From Clostridia bacterium (GTDB lineage: Bacteria; Bacillota; Clostridia; Oscillospirales; CAG-272), in contig JAFTUH010000044.1 in assembly GCA_017466375.1 (NCBI GenBank), forward strand, positions 13,972 through 77,971: 64,000 nucleotides of DNA. Reading direction: 5' to 3'. Numbering within the stretch: the stretch's first letter is position 1; each line of letters begins with the position of its first letter. The position numbers and the translations under genes were made by a program. Shown in pieces: positions 36,495 to 46,704 of the stretch. The notes below the pieces were generated by a model. The model did not search any database. It worked only from the letters and a program-made list of their open reading frames with translations, and was not told the DNA's origin.

Positions 36495-37280
36495 TGTTAA
36501 AGGGATTTGGCGGAAAGCTTTTCTGCCGTGCTTTCGTGCGCAATTTATGAACAGAATCACAGTATTTGCGCCGATTTGAAAGGATGTCGGGTCGACATCG
36601 CAAAGCGAGAGATCGTGCAGCTCATCGATCACCAATGCCCGCATGCTTTCGTCCAGATTCGTTTCAATCCGGTGTGCTTCGGATGCCGTGTTGGTGATGA
36701 TAAACGCCTTTTTCTCCCCGTCCGTTGCCGCCTGCGCATAGATGAATCCGTCCAAATCGTACACAGGATTTACGTGTCCGCCGAGCTTGTACAGCTCATT
36801 AAACGCCTTATACGCATGGAAAAGCGGGAGCAGCCTGAACGGCGCCTGATTGAAAAATCCGCTGTATCCGCTGTTTGCCAGCCGCCCGTCGTAGATACAG
36901 AGAATCTCGGGAGATAGATCCTGCATACGGCACATGGTCACCATCGCTCTGGCGGCAGCGGTTGGCGTGCCGCGCGTTTTCGACATTGGCTTCACCGTCC
37001 ACTCGTTCAGGTGATTTTCCGCGTTTTTATAGCCGTGCTCCGCGAGAAGCTTATCGATAAGTTTCGTACAGTCGGCAATCCGTTCGGTATCCAGCCCGTA
37101 GGCGTGCCATGTGAAGAAATCCAGCGGAGTGCCGTGCGCCTCTATGTAGTCAAAGAAGTTATTCGCAAAATTCAGCATATGCTGACCGCGCTCGTTCATA
37201 TATACATCCGATTCGTACTGCGGTACGTTAAGACCGTATTTCTCCGGATCGTTCAGGGCATAGCCGCCGCCGCTGCTTCC
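36495..37280 (-). pseudogene. 5'-truncated GH39-like (clan A) glycoside hydrolase, reading in frame into the AbiH fragment
   Basis: GSSGGGYAL...PLDFFTWHAY...ENHLNEW motifs. The frame stays open upstream to 37280, then hits a stop. Confidence 0.6.
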
Positions 37281-38713
37281 TCACGGATCCGCCGACCGAT
37301 GTGAACGAACGGCTTGCCGTATTTCTCGACTGTCAGATTGCCGAGCATCACCAAAGCGAGCAGACAGGCGACAACTTCTGCGCGCTGGATTATCAGGTAC
37401 TCGGGAAGCGCACGCGCGGCGATACCGTGACCGTCTATATGTGGGTACTGTATGAGGAATTCAGTTTTGATCCCGCGCTTGACGGCGGGGTGAAGAAGGA
37501 ATCGGGCGCGCACACGGCAACCGTCATCACGGCGAAAAAGGATCGCGATCACTACACGCTGATCGAATATTGGATGCCGCGGGACGGCTCGTATTACGCG
37601 GACGATATTCGCGAGAAGTTTCCTCTGCGCATGTGGGCAAACGCAATGGATTCGGAGAAATTCTATAAGATACAAGCTCCCCTCCTTGCCGAGATGGCGT
37701 ATGAATACTATAAAGAGAATCCGCCCGTAACGGACAGCGGTGACAGCACGGATATCGCGGACGTTGAAGGTGAGGATGAACCTGCTTCCACAGTGACGAA
37801 ACGGAAAATGACCATAGAGGACGTGCTCACCCTGTCCGAAAAAGGAGATGCTCTGACGTGGGAGGATTTCGCTCCGTTTACATGGGAATATACAGGGCTT
37901 TGGAATCCGGGGAATGTGAATTGTTTCCCTATCAGTGACAGTTTCCGTCTGTATATCGGATACTCGCCGGAGCACACGCTGACATACGCCTATCTGTATA
38001 CCACCCTGTATGACCAACGAATCGAAATCCGCACCGGGGATGTTGCCGCATTTATTGATGAGCACACTGCCCCGCCTGCGCACGTGCATTCGTTCACGGA
38101 CGGACCGTATTATACAACGCATATTGCGGTAGCAACGGAATCGTATGGAACTGTGATTGATCCACCCGCAAAGCACCTGCGTTATCACGAAGTATACCGC
38201 GACTGCACCGACTGCGGATACACGGAATATCTCGGATGGGTGTACTGCGGAACGGGAAAAGGAAGCAGTGATAAAAACTGCACGGGAGGCTGCGCAAATA
38301 CAACCCGATTTGACCACATCGCAACCCGATTGGCGACAGAGGAGCAAGAATCCGAAATCCGGCATCTGATCAATGACATGGCAGAAGCAGGATTTGAGGA
38401 TCTGTGGACATGCCTTCATGAGTGTCCGAATATCTACACACGTCTGCTCGCCTACGACGATTTCACGCTTCGGTATGTGCTGAAATGCTTCATTGCAGGC
38501 GGGCAAACAGGACTGCGCGGAGAGATTCTCGCACAGCTTCTGTGTGATCTCGCACCCAAGCATGTGCTCGCGTTGGATGCTGACAACGGACAGATGTATT
38601 TTTCCGCGTGGAAAAACAGCGCAAAGCGCATTCGTGAGCGGCACGGTGACGCATGGATGGAGGAAAATCACCCCGCAGGTGCGCTTCTTCTGCGGATGCT
38701 CAACATGCGGTAA
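37274..38713 (+). pseudogene. 5'-truncated paralogue of the BlaR1-like gene (extracellular part only)
   Basis: CFLTDPPTDVNERLAVFLDCQIAEHHQ... matches 29010..31637 from the last TM onward. M56 domain and blaI are absent; no RBS. Confidence 0.85.
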
Positions 38714-38758
38714 CAGTAAAACCCGACGGAAAAATCCGTCTGGTTTTCAATTGCAAAA

Positions 38759-39496
38759 TTACGCAAACCGCACGACCTTCGCGGCGCTCTCCATATCCAG
38801 ATACAGAAGAAGATCCGGATGCGTTTTCAGAAGCGTGGCGGGGATGAGGTTTGTGACCTCGCCTGTCATAAGCGTTTTCTCGATCGCGTTTGCCTTGACC
38901 GCATACGGTACGCAGGATACGATGCGCTCGCACTGCATGATCTGATATGCTGTCATCGATACCGCCTGCTTCGGCACGTCGTCGATCGTTTCAAACCAGC
39001 CCTCGCCCATCTGCTGCTTTTTGCAGTCGTCATCGAGATTGACGATGATGTAGGCTTCCTTCGTGTCGAAATCCGCCGGCGGATCGTTGAACGCGATGTG
39101 CCCGTTCTCCCCGATGCCGATCAGTCCGATGTCAATCGGTGCGCGGCGCAGTTCCTTCGTGAGCGCGGCGATGCCCTCTGCCGTTCCGTCCACAAAATGA
39201 ACGGCTTTCAGAGGCGCGACCTTGTTCACAAAACGCTCGGTGAGATATTTGCGGAAGCTGGCGGGATGCGTTTCGGGAAGATTTACGTATTCGTCAAGGT
39301 GGAACATCTCCACACGGCTCCAATCGATGCCGCTCTCCGCACACAGCGCCTCGATCGTATCAAACTGGGATGCACCGGTGGAGAGCACGATGCGTGCACT
39401 GCCCTTTTCCGCGATCACCTGACGGAGAATTTCCGCTACGTGCTTTGCGGCGCTTTTACCAAGCTCGTATCTGTCTTTTGCAATTCTGATTTCCAT
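38759..39496 (-). CDS. nagB: Glucosamine-6-phosphate deaminase family
   Basis: LSTGASQ, FHLDEY, GIGENGHIAFNDP. Confidence 0.85.
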   Translation of the reverse strand: MEIRIAKDRYELGKSAAKHVAEILRQVIAEKGSARIVLSTGASQFDTIEALCAESGIDWSRVEMFHLDEYVNLPETHPASFRKYLTERFVNKVAPLKAVHFVDGTAEGIAALTKELRRAPIDIGLIGIGENGHIAFNDPPADFDTKEAYIIVNLDDDCKKQQMGEGWFETIDDVPKQAVSMTAYQIMQCERIVSCVPYAVKANAIEKTLMTGEVTNLIPATLLKTHPDLLLYLDMESAAKVVRFA

Positions 39497-39520
39497 TTTT
39501 TCTGTCCTTTCTTATTTATC

Positions 39521-40687
39521 TTATTGTAGTTCTTTTCCTTCAATGAGTACTTTTTGAATCATGATGTCCCCGTCAAACAGGACGATGTCGGCATAGTATC
39601 CGACCTTCAATTCTCCCCGTTCAGGGAGATGCATGACACGCGCGGGTGTCGCGCACATCATTTTAATGCATTTGATAAGTGACACATCAGCCTGCTTGTG
39701 CATGACGCGCACAAGTCGGTCAGCGGTGGCAACACTGCCTGCAAACGCTGTCATATCGGGGAGATAGGCGATACCGTTTTTGGAGATGCACTCGACTGCG
39801 TCATCCTTCGGACCGAGGACGAACGTACCCTCTCCCATACCTGCGCCGCGCATTGAATCGGTCACGAGACAGATTCTGTCCGCACCCTTGATTTTATAAA
39901 TCAACTTTAAGAGCTCAGGCGGGAGGTGGATTCCGTCCGCGATGATCTCGACATCGACCGAATCCTCCAGAAAGGATGTCTCTACTGCGCCGAGATGCCG
40001 CATAAGATCGCGGCGGACGACGGTGTTCATGCCGGAGTACAGATGTGTCGCAAGACGGCAGCCCTTGTCGATCAGCGGCTTCAGCTCGCCGTAAACCGCA
40101 TCCGTGTGCCCGAACGCGGCGACCACGCCGTTTTCGGTGAGATATTCGCAAAGCTGCTCCGCTCCGGGAAGCTCCGGCGCAAAGCTTATGCGGCGGACTG
40201 TTCCTTCACCGAGACGGATCCATTTTTCATATTCCGCCGGATCCGGCGTTTTCAGACACGTTGGATTCTGCGCACCGCGCATCACATCGGAGAAGTACGG
40301 TCCCTCCAGGTGCGATCCCGCGATATGAGGCTTACCGGGCGCATTTTGCGCCATCGCAGTCTTTACGTTTTCAATGAATGCTTCGATCGCTTCGGCGGAG
40401 GTGGAAGTACAGCTTGGATACATGCTTGTCGTGCCGTGCCGGGCGTGCTCATGGGCGGCTCTGAGAATATCCTCAGCCGTTCCGTCCGCAACGTCAAATC
40501 CGCCGGCACCGTGGGTGTGAATGTCGATAAAACCGGGCGAGACGTACAGTCCGTTTGCATCGATTACCGTATCAGCTGGGAGATTCGCCTCGGTGATTGC
40601 GCAAATACGATTTCCGTCTATGTAGAGGTTTTTGCCACTTTCCAGCGTATCCGTAATCAGAATACCGTTTGTGATTTTCGTAATCAT
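39521..40687 (-). CDS. NagA-like amidohydrolase (second, divergent paralogue)
   Basis: PGFIDIHTHG, HLEGPY, GHTDA, THLYSGM, IADGIH, VTDSM. Confidence 0.85.
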   Translation of the reverse strand: MITKITNGILITDTLESGKNLYIDGNRICAITEANLPADTVIDANGLYVSPGFIDIHTHGAGGFDVADGTAEDILRAAHEHARHGTTSMYPSCTSTSAEAIEAFIENVKTAMAQNAPGKPHIAGSHLEGPYFSDVMRGAQNPTCLKTPDPAEYEKWIRLGEGTVRRISFAPELPGAEQLCEYLTENGVVAAFGHTDAVYGELKPLIDKGCRLATHLYSGMNTVVRRDLMRHLGAVETSFLEDSVDVEIIADGIHLPPELLKLIYKIKGADRICLVTDSMRGAGMGEGTFVLGPKDDAVECISKNGIAYLPDMTAFAGSVATADRLVRVMHKQADVSLIKCIKMMCATPARVMHLPERGELKVGYYADIVLFDGDIMIQKVLIEGKELQ

Positions 40688-41925
40688 CGTAAGCCGTCCG
40701 TACCGTCAAAGAATTCCGCGAGAGATACGCGCCGGTTTTCCTTCATGGACAGGTTGGCGGCGATACCGATGCCGATCGACATAAGTCCGTCGCGGAGACT
40801 TGCACCCTGCATAAGCTCCGGCTCACGGATTTTTCCGCGGAAAAGGTAGTCTCTCAGAAGCGTGTCAGAGCCGCCGTGGTTTGCGGCATCGACCTTCGGC
40901 TGTGCGATGCGGATGACCTCGCCCTCGCGGTTGTAAACCACGATTTTTTCCTTCGCGTCCTCCGCATATCCGGGCAGCTCGGTGGAGAGCTTTTCAATCT
41001 CCATCCGCCCTTTCGTACCGTTTAAGATCAGATGGAATCCTTCATACGGAGAATGTGCCGTCAGAGAATAACTCATGACCGCGCCGCCGCTGTAGGAGAC
41101 GTTGACGGACACGCTGTCCTCGATGTCAATCTCATCCGCGAAAACACAGCGGTCGCGGTAGTATCCGTCTGCGTCCTCGCAGTCGAGATAGAGGGATTTG
41201 TTCACGCCCTGCGTGATGTCGAAATAGAATTCGCAATCCGCTTTGTACGGGCAGGTGAGACAGCGCTCACTGCGTTTTTCACGGGTGGGACCGTAGAAGC
41301 GGCGTGTGCCGAATGCGTTGACTGCGACGGGATCGTCCTCAAGAAGCCAGTTGACAAAATCGAAATGGTGGGTTGATTTGTGGATGAGCAGCGAGCCGGA
41401 ATTCTTTCTCTCGCGGTGCCAGCGGCGGAAATAATCCGCGCCGTGACGGGTGTTTAAAAGCCACTCGAAATGCACGCTCAGAACGTCTCCGATAATTCCC
41501 TGACGCAGATACTGCTTCACACGCTTGGCGAAAGGCGAGAAGCGCAGATTGAACGTCACCGTAAGATTTTTGCCCGTGCGCTCTTTTGCTTCGATGATCG
41601 TCGCCGCCTTCTGCGCATCGGTCGTCACCGGCTTTTCGGAAATTACGTCACAGCCGAGCTCCATCGCGCGGATGATGTACGCATCGTGCGTGCAGTCGGG
41701 AGAGGTAACGATCACGGTATCCGGCTTCGTTTCGCGGATCATGGTTTCAAAATCGTCGAACACAGGAATCCCCGCATCGAGAAGCGAGGGAACCCGTTCG
41801 GCACGCTTTCGGTTGGTGTCAAACACACCGACGAGCGCGGCACAGTCGCCGTAATTCTCCACGATCGGCTTTGCATATGAGCCGTAGCCGCGGCTGCCGC
41901 ATCCGACCAGTACGTATTTTTTCAT
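40684..41925 (-). CDS. Gfo/Idh/MocA NAD(P)-dependent oxidoreductase
   Basis: VGCGSRG, SEKP, HGADYFRRWH, HKSTHHFD, HGGSD. Confidence 0.9.
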   Translation of the reverse strand: MKKYVLVGCGSRGYGSYAKPIVENYGDCAALVGVFDTNRKRAERVPSLLDAGIPVFDDFETMIRETKPDTVIVTSPDCTHDAYIIRAMELGCDVISEKPVTTDAQKAATIIEAKERTGKNLTVTFNLRFSPFAKRVKQYLRQGIIGDVLSVHFEWLLNTRHGADYFRRWHRERKNSGSLLIHKSTHHFDFVNWLLEDDPVAVNAFGTRRFYGPTREKRSERCLTCPYKADCEFYFDITQGVNKSLYLDCEDADGYYRDRCVFADEIDIEDSVSVNVSYSGGAVMSYSLTAHSPYEGFHLILNGTKGRMEIEKLSTELPGYAEDAKEKIVVYNREGEVIRIAQPKVDAANHGGSDTLLRDYLFRGKIREPELMQGASLRDGLMSIGIGIAANLSMKENRRVSLAEFFDGTDGLR

Positions 41926-42117
41926 AGAATCTACCTCCATTCTATATTGACAAAACCATTGTATCATGGTATGATTGAATCAGTCAATGGACAATTCTGC
42001 GAAAATCAGGACAAAACTGAAATGTCAATCGTACATTCCACCCACGCAAGCAAAGGGGGAACAGACAACGATAGGACAAAATTTCATTTCAACAGGAGAA
42101 AACTGCACGGAGGAGCT

Positions 42118-42930
42118 ATGGCAGAATCGATATTTACACTGAGCGAGCTGAGCGTACGGCCGGCAAAGCTGGCACTTCATGTTCCGCCGGAGGTATGGAA
42201 GGGAGACCGCCTCGGCCATATCGGCGTGAATGACACGTTCTTTTTTGTAGTAACCGGAGAGTGTTTTTTAAGTATTGACGGACAAAGCCGCGTTGTGCGC
42301 ACGGGGCAGCTGGCTTTTTTGCCGAAAGGCAAACGCCGCGCATATACGCGTGTGTCCGAAACCTTTGCAATGTATGAGATCGGATTCAGCGCTGAGGTAA
42401 ACGGAAACGATCTCATGGAAGCACTCGGACTGTGCGAAGGAGAATTTGTCACAGATGTTGCCGATATTGAACGGATGAAGGGATATTTTGAAAGCTCCAG
42501 CCGGGTAGAGATGCAGAAAAATCCGCTGTACGATATCATTTTTTGCGCGAACATTATGAATATTATAAAGGAATATGCGATAAAAAGGCTGGCACGTACG
42601 CCGACGGAGGACGATCGGCTGCAAACGGTTCTTTCGTATATGCGCGAAAATCTCTCACGCCCGATCTCAAACGAGGAGCTTGCCGCCGCAGTCTTTATGC
42701 AGACGACGTACTTTATCAGGCGTTTCAAAAACGCATACGGTCTGCCGCCGCAAAGTTATCTGACGCAGATGCGTATGAATCGCGCCATGGAGCTTCTTGC
42801 CTCCACTTCCCTGTCAATCGACAGTGTGGCAAAAGCGGTTGGAATGGCGGATGTCTCCTACTTTGCAAGAGTATTCAAAAAGCACAGCGGTGTGACGCCG
42901 AGCGCATACCGATCCGCTTTCAGCAGGTGA
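42118..42930 (+). CDS. AraC-family regulator
   Basis: HTH VAKAVGMADVSYFARVFKKHSGVTPSAYR; GGAGG RBS; divergent from the oxidoreductase operon. Confidence 0.9.
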   Translation: MAESIFTLSELSVRPAKLALHVPPEVWKGDRLGHIGVNDTFFFVVTGECFLSIDGQSRVVRTGQLAFLPKGKRRAYTRVSETFAMYEIGFSAEVNGNDLMEALGLCEGEFVTDVADIERMKGYFESSSRVEMQKNPLYDIIFCANIMNIIKEYAIKRLARTPTEDDRLQTVLSYMRENLSRPISNEELAAAVFMQTTYFIRRFKNAYGLPPQSYLTQMRMNRAMELLASTSLSIDSVAKAVGMADVSYFARVFKKHSGVTPSAYRSAFSR

Positions 42931-43012
42931 GGCGGAACATATGCGGATGATGCGCGAATAATGCGTTTTCTTCAAACATATACTGTCTTCAGTATATGCT
43001 TGAGGTGCACGT

Positions 43013-43537
43013 ATGAAAAGATCAATCGGACTATGGCAGCTTTTTGGCTTTGCAGTGACGTCCCTTAGCGGAACACTTCTGCATTTTCTGTATGACTGGA
43101 CCGGAGAATCGGTACCCGCCGCGCCGTTCTCCGGGGTGAACGAATCCACATGGGAGCACATGAAGCTCCTGTTTTGGCCGATGCTTCTCTTTGCCGTTGT
43201 ACAACGTTTTTTCTTTCGGGATACGGTATCCTTTTGGTGCATAAAATTGCGCGGAATCCTTCTCGGCCTTTTGCTGATTCCCGTGCTGTTTTATACCTAC
43301 AACGGTGCCGTAGGCCGCTCACCGGATTGGCTGAATATTGCCATCTTTTTCGTTGCGGCGGCCGTTTCCTATATTTATGAGACAAGACTGTTTGCGCAAG
43401 AGAGTGTGCGGTGCCGATTTCCGAAATTTGCGTTTGCGGTGCTTTTGCTGATCGCCGTTTTGTTTATTGTATTCACCTTCGCCGCACCGAAGATCGGACT
43501 CTTTCAGGATCCTCTGACGGGAAAGTACGGAATCTAA
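43013..43537 (+). CDS. DUF6512-like membrane protein
   Basis: GTLLHFLYDW...VNESTWEHMKL...FQDP pattern. Confidence 0.65.
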   Translation: MKRSIGLWQLFGFAVTSLSGTLLHFLYDWTGESVPAAPFSGVNESTWEHMKLLFWPMLLFAVVQRFFFRDTVSFWCIKLRGILLGLLLIPVLFYTYNGAVGRSPDWLNIAIFFVAAAVSYIYETRLFAQESVRCRFPKFAFAVLLLIAVLFIVFTFAAPKIGLFQDPLTGKYGI

Positions 43538-43614
43538 GCCGTTTGCCAATGTCCGTCGCGGAAAACAGAAAGCCCGAACAGCATACATAGCTGTTCGGGC
43601 TTTTCGATTCACCG

Positions 43615-44703
43615 TTATTCAGAGGCTGCCTGTTCCTTTTTCTGTGCGTGACGGTAGAGAAAATGCGCTGCTGCTACCGCACAGACACCGCCGACCAGTT
43701 TGCCGACGATCATACCGTCCAGAAACGTGTTGTCAAACGCCATGGTAAACGCCAAATGATCACCGAATACGAAAGACGCGGATACGGCAAACGCCATATT
43801 CATCATGATTCCCTTGGAATCCATTTTCTCAATCATAGCAAACATGGGGATGCTGTTGGACAGTGAAGAGATCAAGCCCAATATGGACGTATCGTTTATT
43901 TTGAGAAGTCCGCCGAGCGCCGACAGCGGCTTTTTCAGAACCTTGGATACAACCGCAATAAACGGGAATACACCTGCAAGCGTAACTGCGATTCCCCATA
44001 CCGATTCAAATGCCGTTCCGATAGAGTCCATGTGGGGGATCAGCTTGATACCGGTAAAATAATCGAAAACACCTGCCGCCAAACCGATGGTAACCACGAT
44101 CATTACGAGATTGCCAAAGACGGAAAAGATTTTCCGGCTGAGATCGGCATTCAGAACAAGTCCCAGACACACGATACCCGAGATAAGAATGAGGGGAAAC
44201 ACATTCCAAAGAAGAAGCAGGGGCGGACATCCCTCAACAAGACCGCCTGCAATACATCCGATCGGCATAGTGACAATTCCGCAAAGGATACCGCTTAAAA
44301 TATCCTTGTGATACTTTTTATCGGCAGTCCGAAGCGGTACCGGAATCGTAAAGCAGACAGTAACACCCAGCATGGAAGCAACGATAAGTCCGTTAAAGCC
44401 GCCCCATACCGTATCGGGGGACAGCTCTTTTGCGAGAGGCACACCGCCCATATCGTTTGCTAAAAACCCTGCCACGAAGGATGGATCAAGGTGAAGCAGA
44501 TTGGAGAGCGGTCCGAACACGGGAATAAGGATCGCCGAAAGCGTAGGTGCCAGCACAATCATACCGATCATCGCCATGGCAAGAGAACCGGCGGAAAGAA
44601 TACCTTTCTCAAATTCCTCACCGATTTTGAAATGATTTCCCGTAATGCGGTCAAGCGCACCGAGTATGGCAAAAGCGGCAAGCACAATTTGTAAAACGTT
44701 CAT
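43615..44703 (-). CDS. eutH: EutH-family ethanolamine permease (stand-alone)
   Basis: LANDMGG, MLGVTVCFTIPV, FAVSASFVFGDHLAF, GKLVGG. Confidence 0.8.
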   Translation of the reverse strand: MNVLQIVLAAFAILGALDRITGNHFKIGEEFEKGILSAGSLAMAMIGMIVLAPTLSAILIPVFGPLSNLLHLDPSFVAGFLANDMGGVPLAKELSPDTVWGGFNGLIVASMLGVTVCFTIPVPLRTADKKYHKDILSGILCGIVTMPIGCIAGGLVEGCPPLLLLWNVFPLILISGIVCLGLVLNADLSRKIFSVFGNLVMIVVTIGLAAGVFDYFTGIKLIPHMDSIGTAFESVWGIAVTLAGVFPFIAVVSKVLKKPLSALGGLLKINDTSILGLISSLSNSIPMFAMIEKMDSKGIMMNMAFAVSASFVFGDHLAFTMAFDNTFLDGMIVGKLVGGVCAVAAAHFLYRHAQKKEQAASE

Positions 44704-45069
44704 TGTAAATCCGCTCTATGAATGCGCACTTTTTCGTTATCATTATAGCATCAGCAGTCAAAACTGTCAATAAATTCCTGCTTTTTGTCAAATCACTTCG
44801 CAAAAACAGCGCCCCGGCTGCCGGATTTTAAATATTTACAAAACACGAGTGGGACCGTTTTTGTCCGTTTTTCTCTCAAAGCAACAGAACCAACAAGCAA
44901 GGCTTTATCTCTTCTAACGCTGTAATTATAGTATAAGGAAACGCCGTTTTAGCGTCAATGCTCGAAACTGACGTGATTCTCAAAAACGCGTCCGTTTGGG
45001 ATAGTAGCGGATTTATGCAGCCCTTGGCACGAGAGGTTGACTATTTTACGAAAAGGTAGTATACTGAAG

Positions 45070-45515
45070 ATGCCGTCAAGCTCGGCGTTGCTATGGCAGG
45101 CGGTACGCCCATTGTGTTTCCCGCGATTGTCGTTTGCGATGGTATCGCTATGGGACACACGGGTATGAAATATTCCCTCGTCACCCGTGATCTGATTGCT
45201 GATTCCACCGAGGCAATGGCTCTCGCCCATGGCTTTGACGGACTTGTAATGGTGCTGAACTGCGATAAAAATGTTCCCGGACTTTTGATGGCGGCGGCAA
45301 GAGTCAATATTCCTACCGTATTTGTCAGCGGCGGTCCGATGCTCGCAGGACGCGTTGACCGTGGATATGGCGCTTGGTTGTTCTACCAACAGTATGCTCC
45401 ATCTTCCCGCTATCGCCCACGAATGCGGTGTGGAACTAAATCTGGACATTGCCAACGAAATAAGTGCAAAAACTCCCAACCTCTGTCATCTTGCTCCCGC
45501 AGGTCGTACCTATAT
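45070..45515 (+). pseudogene. ilvD: Dihydroxy-acid dehydratase fragments
   Basis: [13 protein letters not shown]...VCDGIAMGH...CDKNVPG...SGGPMLAG, then a frame jump to [24 protein letters not shown]...[11 protein letters not shown]. Both ends missing. Confidence 0.85.
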
Positions 45516-45522
45516 TTGTAAT

Positions 45523-45918
45523 ATGAAAACGATAACTGAAGTTGTAGCAGCCCTCATTTGGCGGGGTGATAAATTCATGATCTGCCAACGCCCGGCGCAC
45601 AAGGCACGAGGTCTTCTGTGGGAGTTTGTTGGCGGTAAGGTAGAGCATGGAGAAACAAAAGAACAAGCGCTCATTCGTGAGTGCCAAGAAGAATTGGCAG
45701 TGACGCTGTCCGTTGGCGATGTATTTATGGATGTCGTACACGAATATCCCGATCTGACGGTGCATCTGACGCTGTTCAACGCCACCATTGCCGCGGGCGA
45801 ACCGCAGAAGCTGGAGCATAACGATATTCGGTGGATCACGCCGAGCGAGATTTCAAACTATGACTTCTGCCCTGCGGATGAAGAAATACTTGCAAAGATT
45901 TGCGAGGTATATAAATGA
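45523..45918 (+). CDS. NUDIX hydrolase (MutT/NudG-like)
   Basis: WEFVGGKVEHGETKEQALIRECQEEL Nudix box. Confidence 0.85.
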   Translation: MKTITEVVAALIWRGDKFMICQRPAHKARGLLWEFVGGKVEHGETKEQALIRECQEELAVTLSVGDVFMDVVHEYPDLTVHLTLFNATIAAGEPQKLEHNDIRWITPSEISNYDFCPADEEILAKICEVYK

Positions 45919-46289
45919 AAAATTACGAAACCGAAGTTTGCTCTCGTTGGGGCAACACAGACGCCTACCGCGAGCACGAGCAGAAAACAAAGAACTACAC
46001 CAATGAAAAATGGACAGTGGCAAACGATGGCTTGATGGCGATCTTTGCTGAGTTCGCCGCATGTAAGGATAGTGGCGCGAGAGCAGATTCTAACGAGGCA
46101 CAGGCGCTTGTCGCCAAGCTTCAAGCGCACATCACCGAGAACTACTACACCTGCACTGACGAGATCCTTGCAGGTCTGGGCAAGATGTACGCAGCCGACG
46201 AGCGATTCAAGAAGAACATCGACAAGTACGGCGAAGGAACAGCGGAATTTGCGGCAGAAGGGATAAGGATATATGTTGAAAATAAATAA
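45915..46289 (+). CDS. TipAS antibiotic-recognition domain protein (no MerR HTH)
   Basis: RWGNTDAY...LAGLGKMYAADERF..NID..GEGTAEF. Confidence 0.8.
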   Translation: MKNYETEVCSRWGNTDAYREHEQKTKNYTNEKWTVANDGLMAIFAEFAACKDSGARADSNEAQALVAKLQAHITENYYTCTDEILAGLGKMYAADERFKKNIDKYGEGTAEFAAEGIRIYVENK

Positions 46290-46671
46290 ACGGTTTTTGA
46301 TTGCTCTTCTAACGTTCACATTGCCGTTTGGTTGCGTTGGATGCTCGGATGGTGGTTCTGCGACCTATGAACAGATCAGCGGAGCGGAAGCCAAGGCTTT
46401 GATGGATAGCGAGAGCGGATATATCATCCTTGACGCAAGAGAACAGGATGAATACGACGAGGGGCACATCCCCGAAGCAATTCTCATTCCTTATGGTGAA
46501 ATTGCCGACCGCGCTGAAAAGGAGCTTCCCGACAAGGATCAGTTGATTCTCGTCTATTGCCGAAGCGGCAGAAGAAGCAAAATCGCAGCCGAGGAGCTTG
46601 TCAAGCTCGGATATACCAACGTCAAGGAGTTCGGCGGCATCATCGATTGGAAATATGAGATCGTAAAATAA
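46273..46671 (+). CDS. Rhodanese-like domain (lipo)protein
   Basis: EYDEGHIPEA, VYCRSGRRS, FGGIIDW. Confidence 0.85.
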   Translation: MLKINKRFLIALLTFTLPFGCVGCSDGGSATYEQISGAEAKALMDSESGYIILDAREQDEYDEGHIPEAILIPYGEIADRAEKELPDKDQLILVYCRSGRRSKIAAEELVKLGYTNVKEFGGIIDWKYEIVK

Positions 46672-46704
46672 AAAGGTTAATCGACCTTTGACGGCAACCG
46701 ATTT

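Noticed and set aside
45322-45918. 198-aa IlvD-NUDIX fusion protein
   Set aside because: The N-terminal part is an internal ilvD fragment left in frame by deletion; the NUDIX domain has its own ATG at 45523.
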